DNA of 16,134 bases. Origin: an uncultured Deinococcales bacterium. GTDB lineage: Bacteria > Deinococcota > Deinococci > Deinococcales > JAAFIG01. Location: the NCBI GenBank assembly GCA_964247135.1, contig CAXTTL010000106.1:1-16134 (forward strand), in the 5' to 3' direction. Position numbers and translations under genes: made by a program. The notes beneath the pieces are model-generated. The model was not told where the DNA came from. It was given only the letters and a program-made list of their open reading frames with translations, and searched no databases. Of this stretch, positions 8,754 through 16,049 are shown in pieces. Position 1 is the first letter of the stretch, and the number at the start of each line of letters is the position of its first letter.

Positions 8754-9071
8754 ATGGAAACGGTGCGCGTCTCAGGTCAATCCCGCCCAAACTCGGTGGC
8801 GGGCGCAATTGCCGCACTGCTGCGCTTGAACGGCGAGGTCGAGGTTCAAGCCATCGGAGCGGTGGCGGTCAATCAGGCGGTCAAAAGCATTGCGATTGCC
8901 AGAAGTTACATCAGCATCGACAGCCTGGACTTAAATTGCGTGCCTGCTTTTGTCAAACTCGAACTCGAGAACGAGGAACGCACCGCCATGAAATTCGTGG
9001 TGCATTCATTTAAACTCGCCGGTGCGCCTGTGGTGCCCGTCGTACCCCATCTCGAGGACGAATCAACTTAA
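8754..9071 (+). CDS. spoVS: SpoVS-family protein
   Basis: 'METVRVSGQSRPNSVAGAIAA...VQAIGAVAVNQAVKSIAIAR...PAF...ERTAMKF'. SD AAGGAGG at 8742-8748. Confidence 0.93.
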   Translation: METVRVSGQSRPNSVAGAIAALLRLNGEVEVQAIGAVAVNQAVKSIAIARSYISIDSLDLNCVPAFVKLELENEERTAMKFVVHSFKLAGAPVVPVVPHLEDEST

Positions 9072-9120
9072 GCCTGATGGGTTAGAGATTTAACATCGAT
9101 AAGCGTTTTGGCTCGAGCAA

Positions 9121-9143
9121 CGTGTCTTATGTGACACGGTTTT
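9121..9143 (+). terminator. hairpin after spoVS (terminator or operator)
   Basis: CGTGTC-TTATGT-GACACG followed by GTTTT. It also lies just upstream of TATACT (9158-9163), the likely -10 of the next gene. Confidence 0.35.
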
Positions 9144-9204
9144 GCTCGGGTTTTCGCTATACTGCACGCATTGGGACGTTCTTTCAGCGTCCAACGGGAG
9201 AAAC

Positions 9205-9891
9205 ATGTATTACAACTCGAGCTACATCCTTTTGATGGTCTTTATCCTGGCAATTTCGTATGGGGCGCAGTGGTATCTCTCGAGCACCTTTGGACGGTTC
9301 AGCAAGCTGCGCAACGCCCGCAATTTGACTGGCGCTGAGGTGGCGCGTGACATTCTGGACTCAAACGGTTTGCAGGACGTTCAAGTCGAACCTATTGCCG
9401 GTCAATTGACCGACCATTACGACCCCAGAACCCGCACCGTGCGCCTGTCCGAACCCAATTACGCCTCGCCGAGCTTGGCGGCTTTGGCGGTCGCCGCCCA
9501 CGAATGCGGTCATGCGCTGCAACACAAGCAAGGTTATGCCCTGTTAAACTTGCGTGCCGCGATTATTCCGGTGGTCAACATCGGTTCGCAGTTTGGACCG
9601 CTGCTGATTATGTTGGGTTTGTTTATTCGCATTCCAACCATCGCCTGGATTGGCGTGCTGGGTTTGGTCGGTACATTGGTCTTTCATGCCGTGACCCTGC
9701 CCGTCGAATTTGACGCCAGCGCCAGAGCCATCAAGATTCTCGAGGGCAACGGTTACCTGACCCGCGAAGAGAACGCTGGCGCAAAAAGTGTGCTGACCGC
9801 CGCCGCCATGACCTACGTGGCTGGCGCCATCGGGGCGCTCATGACCTTGCTCTATTACGTCAGCATCCTTTCGGGTGGTCGCCGCAGGTAA
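9205..9891 (+). CDS. membrane zinc metallopeptidase (YugP-like, Zn_peptidase_2)
   Basis: 'GQLTDHYDP', HEXXH motif 'AHECGHALQH', 'TLPVEFDASARA' and 'AAAMTYVA'. SD GGGAG precedes ATG 9205. Confidence 0.9.
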   Translation: MYYNSSYILLMVFILAISYGAQWYLSSTFGRFSKLRNARNLTGAEVARDILDSNGLQDVQVEPIAGQLTDHYDPRTRTVRLSEPNYASPSLAALAVAAHECGHALQHKQGYALLNLRAAIIPVVNIGSQFGPLLIMLGLFIRIPTIAWIGVLGLVGTLVFHAVTLPVEFDASARAIKILEGNGYLTREENAGAKSVLTAAAMTYVAGAIGALMTLLYYVSILSGGRRR

Positions 9892-9897
9892 AAACGT

Positions 9898-9905
9898 TAT
9901 ACTCT
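9898..9905 (+). promoter_or_regulatory. -10 box (TATACT or TACTCT), leaderless start of the hypothetical gene
   Basis: TATACTCT-CTGGGC-ATG. TACTCT lies 6 nt from the ATG, no SD. Confidence 0.55.
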
Positions 9906-9911
9906 CTGGGC

Positions 9912-10367
9912 ATGAAAACCCTTCAAAACCAAATCACTGGCAGCCTGGGCACAAACCCCAGCATCGAACTCAGAGCACGCCTCGAGCAAGACCGCATCCT
10001 CGGTCGTGTCGGCGGTGCGTTGATGGCAAAAGAACTCAACCTCGAGGTTTCTGAAAAAGGCGTTTCTGGGCATGTCGGCGGTAAAAACGGTTTTGAAGTC
10101 AACCTCGAGTTAAAAGCGGGCGAACTGACCGGTTTTGTTGGACTCGAAGCCCTTCATTTGCGCGGCGTCGATCAGGTCACTGGTCGTCTGGGCAGCGCCA
10201 TGAACGGCGTGGATTTTATTTCCAACCAAAACGGCGATAGCTTGCGCGGGCGGCTCGGCGGCATCAAAGGGCAGACTTTTGAACTCGAGCTTTCAGGTAC
10301 GCCAGGTTGGATCGGCACGCTGGTGGCGATCATTGCGTTTTACGCGATTGAAAAGCACAAAAATTAA
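9912..10367 (+). CDS. hypothetical protein with six Gly-rich repeats and a C-terminal hydrophobic helix
   Basis: Host-like codon usage with CTCGAG in the Leu-Glu frame. Repeats are ITGSLG, ILGRVGG, VSGHVGG, LTGFVG, VTGRLG and LRGRLGG. Confidence 0.8.
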   Translation: MKTLQNQITGSLGTNPSIELRARLEQDRILGRVGGALMAKELNLEVSEKGVSGHVGGKNGFEVNLELKAGELTGFVGLEALHLRGVDQVTGRLGSAMNGVDFISNQNGDSLRGRLGGIKGQTFELELSGTPGWIGTLVAIIAFYAIEKHKN

Positions 10368-10408
10368 ATCAACAGCTTGGCTTTAGCTTTAAATGCTATT
10401 TATGGTTC

Positions 10409-10921
10409 ATGACTTTAAACGAACAGATCGACCAAAATATTGAAGCCGTCCGTGAACTCGAGCGTCGGGTGGATCGAGGACTTGACCCTGCCACATTGCG
10501 GTTTAATGGGTTGGCAACTCGAATTGGGCGACCCAATTTTTTGACTGCCGTGATCGCAGGAATCATCGTCTGGATTCTCATCAACTTGTTATCCGAAAAG
10601 GTCGGCGTGAAAGCTTTTGACCCATTTCCTTTTGTCATCCTTCAAGGATTGATTGGTTTAAGCGCCCTGATGACCAGTTTGATTGTGCTGATCGGACAAA
10701 ACCGTGAAGCGATTCTCGAGGGACAACGGGCGCATCTGGACTTGCAACTCAATTTGCTGGCAGAACAAAAAATCACCAAATTGATTGCGCTGCTCGAGGA
10801 ACTGCGACGTGATCTGCCAAATGTCAGCAACCGTCACGATCAGGTTGCCGAGAGAATGCAGGAATCTGCCAATCCTGAAGCGATACTTGGGGCAATGAGT
10901 GAAGAGTCGAGCAGTGCTTGA
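10409..10921 (+). CDS. DUF1003 domain membrane protein
   Basis: 'WILINL...FDPFPFVILQ...IVLIGQNR...DLQLNLLAEQKITKLI', with two TM segments. Confidence 0.88.
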   Translation: MTLNEQIDQNIEAVRELERRVDRGLDPATLRFNGLATRIGRPNFLTAVIAGIIVWILINLLSEKVGVKAFDPFPFVILQGLIGLSALMTSLIVLIGQNREAILEGQRAHLDLQLNLLAEQKITKLIALLEELRRDLPNVSNRHDQVAERMQESANPEAILGAMSEESSSA

Positions 10922-11175
10922 TCCATTTAAACCAACAAGGCTCGAGTTACAACTGCATGTCTACAGGTTCACTCTCGAGCGCTAAAACTCCAAACACGGC
11001 TTCGTGGGTTCGGCGCAGGGTCAAAACCGTACAAACTACTTGAGCACTTCAAGATCCAAGATGAATTCAAGTAAAACAAGTCTCCCGAACCAATGCTAAT
11101 AAACCTATTTTATGACTTCAAGATAGAACACAAAGACAAGCAAAACTTTCTTAAGGGATTTCCAAAAGTGAATTA

Positions 11176-11964
11176 TCAATCAACGAAGATACGAAGCTTT
11201 CGTCTACACTGAGTCGAATCAAGATAATTCATGATTTCACTTGAAAAGGAATCTAAGTCAGCGTAAAGAATTCGTCGAGAAAAACCATATTTGGGTAAGA
11301 TTTTCTGTAGTTCTTTTTTGAAATTTGCGGTTACTCTGAATTTAACTATATCTTCTTCATCAGTATTGAATTCTTTCCAAGGTTCAGGATGGATGGAAAA
11401 AAGTGCGGCTTGAGCAACCATTCTTTGTTCTAAATGTGGTGCAAAAAATAAACCATTGCAGTTATTATCAAAAGGTGATGTATCAGCATTAGCAGTGTAA
11501 ACTTTTGAATCTGGGTGCATAAAGTAAATTACGCCATCTTCATTAATATCTTTTGGTTTTCCATCAGAATCAACAATATGAATTGAAGCAAAATAAAGTG
11601 CTACTAAGGGATTTTCAGTCCAATCAAGAAATCGTGTTGCCATTCCATAATGTTGGGCTAGGGTAAGCCAATGCCAGTCATTATGTGAAGTATATGGCTC
11701 ATGAATAAAAACTTTAGATTTAAATATTTCTAGCAAAATTTTTTCGTCTTGATAGAATTGTATTTTTTCTTCTTCATTTGTAGGGATTTTAAGCTTACGT
11801 GCGATACGTGGTTTTAAATCAAAATTATAATTTTGTGCACCCCTAAAAACATAATGAGGACAAGTCTTATCCCGAATTATTTCATTAAAATAATTAAAAC
11901 TATTAAAAACAAATTCTTCTCCTTGTTTTCCATCTTTGTTTCGGTGTGTGACTACTTTCCCCAT
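11176..11964 (-). CDS. FRG domain-containing protein (AT-rich, probably horizontally acquired)
   Basis: 'YVFRGAQN', 'LAQHYGMATRFLDWTENPLVALYFA' and 'RMVAQAALF'. Sampled 60-nt lines are about 20-32% GC, and there is no CTCGAG. Confidence 0.92.
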   Translation of the reverse strand: MGKVVTHRNKDGKQGEEFVFNSFNYFNEIIRDKTCPHYVFRGAQNYNFDLKPRIARKLKIPTNEEEKIQFYQDEKILLEIFKSKVFIHEPYTSHNDWHWLTLAQHYGMATRFLDWTENPLVALYFASIHIVDSDGKPKDINEDGVIYFMHPDSKVYTANADTSPFDNNCNGLFFAPHLEQRMVAQAALFSIHPEPWKEFNTDEEDIVKFRVTANFKKELQKILPKYGFSRRILYADLDSFSSEIMNYLDSTQCRRKLRIFVD

Positions 11965-11973
11965 CCTAAATCC

Positions 11974-12106
11974 CCCTAACTGTATATGACCATCGCGCAG
12001 GTATATGAGGGCTTTTCAGTGACCCACATTAAATTTAGAAAACGTTCCACTAAATTTTAGCATCTCCGATTAGAGTTTTGCGAAATGATGGTCATTGACG
12101 TTAAGT
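11974..12106 (-). mobile_element. integron attC-like recombination site upstream of the FRG gene
   Basis: Minus strand: R'' ACTTAAC, 5 nt, TGACCATC ... central IR AAATTTAG/CTAAATTT ... GATGGTCA, 6 nt, R' GTTAGGG. Length 133 bp. No extrahelical base in the L box, and R' ends in G rather than Y. Confidence 0.5.
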
Positions 12107-12151
12107 CTACACAATCAAGCAAACCCAAGTTGAAATACGTTCTATTGCTAC

Positions 12152-12185
12152 AAAAAAATATCTCGAGCCTTGACGACTCGAGATA
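12152..12185 (-). terminator. intrinsic terminator of the pullulanase gene built from two CTCGAG copies
   Basis: Minus strand TATCTCGAGTC-GTCAA-GGCTCGAGATA-TTTTTTT, 16 nt after the stop codon. Confidence 0.85.
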
Positions 12186-12201
12186 CCTCTAACAATTCAA
12201 T

Positions 12202-15200
12202 TTACTTTTGAACCAGCACGTAACCCGAGAGCGGCTCGAGTTTTAAATTCCCTGACACTGTTCCGAGCGCGGTCAATCCTGCTTTTGTACCGTCGGCGTG
12301 CAGCGTCCAAGTGCCTGCTGGCAGTTGCATGTTGTCCGTGCTCGTGCTGCCGTGAAACACCACCAAAATCTTTTTTGCAGCCTCGAGCGTGAACCCAATC
12401 GTGGCGACGGGCAGGCTCGAGTCAGGCAAGAATTTCAAGGTTTTGCGCACCGCGTCCGCGCTCGAGAGTCTGAACGCTGGGAAGGCTTTGCGAATGGCGA
12501 TCAAGCCTTTCATGTAATTGAACGCGCCGTTAAACTTTGCAGCCCGGGTCCAATCGAATTTGTTGACCACATCGCCAGCGTTGTAGCTGTTGCCGTTGCC
12601 GCCTTTGGTGCGCCCAATTTCGACGCCGCCCTCGAGGAACGGCACGCCCTGCGCCAGCAAGACCATCGCGGCGGCAAGGTTGGCGGATTTCGCCCGCAGG
12701 TCCGCGTTCGGCATGACCTTCTCGAGTTTGTCCCAGAGTGCCAGGTTGTCGTGCGCCGAGACGTAATTGATGCTCTCAACGGGTTGGTCGGCAAAATCTG
12801 AGATGCTCGGGTCGTAATTGATTGAGCCAACGATGCCACGTTTCAGGCTGGTGCTCGAGGTGATCGCGCCATTGATAAATCCTGGTTTGCTGCCGTCCAG
12901 GTCGCCGCGCAGGGCGTTGCGGTAATTGTCGTTGAAGACCGCGAAATTCATGCCACGCTGTGAACCCTTGCCGAAACGCAGCGGTCCGCCGCCCGTCCAG
13001 GGTTCGCCGTACAAGACCACATCGGCGCGTAATTTGTGCAACTCGAGCGTCAGGTTTTCGACGGTGGATTTGCTGAACATGCCGATCAGATCGAATCTGA
13101 AACCGTCGATGCCGTACTCGAGCATCCAGTATTTGAGGCTGTCGCGGATGTACTTGCGAACCATTGGGCGTTCGTCGTGCAGGGCATTGCCGACACCGGA
13201 TTCGTTTAAGACCTGTCCCTCGTCGTTGGTGCGGAAGTAATAATAAGGCACGGTCTGCCAGAAGGCGCTGTCCTCGCCACGGGCGGGAACGCTGTGGTTG
13301 TACACCACATCCAAGACCGCTCGTAAGCCAGCCTTGTGCAGCGCGGCGATCATGGTTTTGACCTCGAGTATCGCCACGGCGGGTTGATTTGGGTTGGTGC
13401 TGTACTGTCCCTCGGGCACGTTGAAGAGGTTGGTTTCGTAACCCCAGTTGTAAACGCCGTTGTTGGCAGGATTGATCTTTTGAAATGGCAATATATGAAC
13501 ATCGGTCACACCAAGGTCGCGCAGGTAATCAAGCCCAGTTTTCTGGCTCGAGTTTGGCACGGTGGTTCCCGTTTGTGCCACACCCAAGTATTTGCCGCGC
13601 AGGGCGGGTTTGACGCCGCTCGAGGGGTCAACCGTGAAGTCGCGGATGTGCATTTCGTAGAGCACCGATTCGGTCATTGGGCGGCTCGAACTTTTGGGAC
13701 GCGTGAAGTTGGCGGGGTTGGTTTTGCTCAAATCGACCACCATGCTGCGTTTGCCATCCAGGCTGGCGGCGTAACAGTTGATGTCGGCGGTGACCCGAGT
13801 TTCGTTGTATGACTTGAAGCGGTATTGGTAATAATGCCCGTTCAAATCGCCGTTGACATTGGCGCTCCAAACGCCGTGCTGGTCGCGTTTCATGTCGATG
13901 ATCTGATCGGGTCCGCTGGTCGCGTCGTCAAAAATAAACAGTTCGGCGCTCGAGCTGACCGGACTCCAGACTTTAAAGCTGGTGGCGGTTTTACTGTAAC
14001 GACTGCCGAGGTCCTCGCCAGAATATTGGTATTGCTTGTCATCGAGCGCTTCACGCACATAGACCGTGCGGGCGAAGTCGTCGCCAATTTTGAGTTCGAT
14101 AAATTTGCCCAGATCATCAATGCCCAGCGGTTTCTCGAGCTTGATGGCGAGCACTTGGACTGGACCCGTGGGCGCGGCGGCGACAGGTTTTTCTCGGGGC
14201 GGAACGGTGCTTGGCGCTTGAACTTCTTTGGGGTTGTTGATGCTGTCGCGCACGGTTTTTTTGTTGAAATCCACAACAAACTTAACGATGGTGCCGTCTT
14301 TGGGGATACTGAGCGCAATGTTGCTGCCGCCAGGGGCGAAATCTGCGCCGTAATTTTCGGTCCAAGTGCCACCTTTGGCGACCTTGTACTCGAAATCACC
14401 TTTGGGGAACGCCGCAACAAACTCAAACACGCCGCTCGAGATTTCACCCATGCGGGTGATGTCGCCGTTCGGATTCCAGTCGGTGCCGCCGAGCGCGGCT
14501 TGAATTGTGCCTGGCAACACGACCTTGGTGGGATCAACCGAATCGGTACTGACCGCCACAGGAGCGCCCCCAGCCTCGAGTTTGGCAATCTTCAAAGGTT
14601 TGCCGCCCAGGGTAAGGTTAATTTTTCCCTCGAGCGATTTGAGGTCGCTGGCTTTGGGCAGCCATGCCCGAATCGTGTCGCTGCTGTCCAAAAAGGCGGG
14701 TTCGCCGCGCGGTGGGGCGGCTTTGGCTTGGTAGGCATCGGCGGCGGCGCGTGAAACTTCAAATTCTTTGCGCCCTTGGAAGACCCAGATTTCGGCGATG
14801 CCCGAGGCACCCACGGTCACAAACCGGTCCGAGTCGCCGTCTTTGGCTTCCCAGTTGCCTCGGCGCAAGATAAAACCGAGTTCGCTGTGTTTGCCTGGAA
14901 TGTCGATGGTGGCGGTCTTGCCAAAATCGTCACCGCCGTCAAAATTGTAGGCTTTGCCGTCGGTGGCTTTGGGTTTTGATCCCCATACCCAAACGTTCCA
15001 AGTCTCAAAATCGGCTCGAGGGCGTCTGTAATGGAGCACCAAGCGCGTGCTGCCTTCGGGGGCAACTTCGGCTGCCACAACGGGTGCGGCTCGAGTTGGT
15101 ACGGTTTCGGGGGCGCTGACTAGGTCTGGGTTATTCACACTGTCCACAATCGTTTTCTTGGTATATTCAAACACAAATTTGACAATTTGTTTGTCGGCTG

Positions 15201-15510
15201 TGACCACAAGTGAAATGTTCGCGCCGCCCTTCTCGCCTTTTTTGCCGTAATTTTCGTCCCAGGTGCCGTTGATGGCGACTTTGTACTCGTAATTGCCCTT
15301 GGGAAACGCGGCGACAAATTCGTAATGGTCGGGGGTGGTCTCCTCCATTTTGGTGACATCACTTGCTGGGTCCCAGGCTTTCGCGCCGAGGGCTTCTTGG
15401 ATCGAGCCTGGTAAACGCACCACACGACTTGATTGCGCCTGAATCAGATTGGGGCGAATTGAGAGCAGGGCGAGAAAGACCAAGCTGAATGCCAGCAAAA
15501 AACGCTTCAT
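12202..15510 (-). CDS. pulA: secreted type I pullulanase (signal peptide, X25-like, CBM41, X45/X25-like, CBM48, GH13 catalytic domain)
   Basis: Signal peptide ending near IQA. CBM41-like 'HYRRP..WNVWVW..DDFG', 'YNWGYE', and GH13 regions DVVYNH, GFRFDLIG, YGEPW and SAHDN. SD AGGAGG. Confidence 0.92.
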   Translation of the reverse strand: MKRFLLAFSLVFLALLSIRPNLIQAQSSRVVRLPGSIQEALGAKAWDPASDVTKMEETTPDHYEFVAAFPKGNYEYKVAINGTWDENYGKKGEKGGANISLVVTADKQIVKFVFEYTKKTIVDSVNNPDLVSAPETVPTRAAPVVAAEVAPEGSTRLVLHYRRPRADFETWNVWVWGSKPKATDGKAYNFDGGDDFGKTATIDIPGKHSELGFILRRGNWEAKDGDSDRFVTVGASGIAEIWVFQGRKEFEVSRAAADAYQAKAAPPRGEPAFLDSSDTIRAWLPKASDLKSLEGKINLTLGGKPLKIAKLEAGGAPVAVSTDSVDPTKVVLPGTIQAALGGTDWNPNGDITRMGEISSGVFEFVAAFPKGDFEYKVAKGGTWTENYGADFAPGGSNIALSIPKDGTIVKFVVDFNKKTVRDSINNPKEVQAPSTVPPREKPVAAAPTGPVQVLAIKLEKPLGIDDLGKFIELKIGDDFARTVYVREALDDKQYQYSGEDLGSRYSKTATSFKVWSPVSSSAELFIFDDATSGPDQIIDMKRDQHGVWSANVNGDLNGHYYQYRFKSYNETRVTADINCYAASLDGKRSMVVDLSKTNPANFTRPKSSSRPMTESVLYEMHIRDFTVDPSSGVKPALRGKYLGVAQTGTTVPNSSQKTGLDYLRDLGVTDVHILPFQKINPANNGVYNWGYETNLFNVPEGQYSTNPNQPAVAILEVKTMIAALHKAGLRAVLDVVYNHSVPARGEDSAFWQTVPYYYFRTNDEGQVLNESGVGNALHDERPMVRKYIRDSLKYWMLEYGIDGFRFDLIGMFSKSTVENLTLELHKLRADVVLYGEPWTGGGPLRFGKGSQRGMNFAVFNDNYRNALRGDLDGSKPGFINGAITSSTSLKRGIVGSINYDPSISDFADQPVESINYVSAHDNLALWDKLEKVMPNADLRAKSANLAAAMVLLAQGVPFLEGGVEIGRTKGGNGNSYNAGDVVNKFDWTRAAKFNGAFNYMKGLIAIRKAFPAFRLSSADAVRKTLKFLPDSSLPVATIGFTLEAAKKILVVFHGSTSTDNMQLPAGTWTLHADGTKAGLTALGTVSGNLKLEPLSGYVLVQK

Positions 15511-15532
15511 AAAACCTCCTCGAGATTAAACC

Positions 15533-15546
15533 TGGAATCGCTTCCA
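15533..15546. promoter_or_regulatory. LacI/GalR-family operator upstream of the pullulanase gene
   Basis: TGGAATCGCTTCCA is a 14-bp palindrome with a central CG and one mismatched pair. Confidence 0.65.
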
Positions 15547-15568
15547 ATGAATTGGGGCTGCACCAAAA

Positions 15569-15574
15569 AGTGTA
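15569..15574 (-). promoter_or_regulatory. probable -10 box (TACACT) of the pullulanase promoter
   Basis: TANNNT match 22 nt upstream of the operator on the minus strand. No clear -35. Confidence 0.45.
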
Positions 15575-15634
15575 CCTGATTCTCGAGAAAAGTGTTCGGG
15601 TCTTGGCTGACAAATTCGAGGTACGCACCAACGA

Positions 15635-16049
15635 TCAATGGTCATGATCATCCTCGAGCAAGACCTGATTGCACAATTTCAGCGCCTCGAGGTTGCGTTC
15701 GATGCTGCCGCAACCGCCCTCACCGCTGGGGCGCACGTGCGGCGCGGCGCGTTCCTCGAGTCCCTTCCACTGGTAGGGGTCATGACCTGTGACCATCACG
15801 ATGTTGCGGCAATCGGCGGCGGCAAAATGTTGCTGCTGTTCTGCGCCAAACCAGGGCAGCAACGATTCGGCGCTCATGTAGTGGTTGACCAAAGACCGCC
15901 TGAAACCGTTCGGCGCGTAATTGGGCAGGCTGTGTGGTGCAGCAAATAACCGTTAAAGAACGCGATGCTGCCGCGCTTGACTTCGACTGGAACGGCATCA
16001 TCGTCCAAGTACGGGAAGAACGTCGCCTCGCCCGCACCATCAAACCTCG
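15635..16049 (-). pseudogene. phytanoyl-CoA dioxygenase (PhyH)-family gene, 3' part only, frameshifted
   Basis: SRFDGAGEATFFPYLDDDAVPVEVKRGSIAFFNGYLLHH, then a frame change at about 15932-15933, then SLPNYAPNGFRRSLVNHYMSAESLLPW...DHDH*. The distal His and Arg pattern of Fe(II)/2OG enzymes is present, but the N-terminal HxD part is absent. Confidence 0.75.

Noticed and set aside
10394-10408. Leaderless -10 box for DUF1003 (TGC-TATTTA-N6-ATG)
   Set aside because: Spacing fits but the conserved final T of TANNNT is missing, so it is too weak to list.
10947-11045. Short minus-strand frame (…TLRRTHEAVFGVLALESEPVDMQL*) at the island edge
   Set aside because: About 33 codons with no convincing start or recognisable homology. 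It may be a gene remnant but cannot be supported.
12298-14754. Long plus-strand ORFs (167, 158 and 309 aa) opposite pulA
   Set aside because: Typical antisense open frames of a GC-biased gene, with no protein features.
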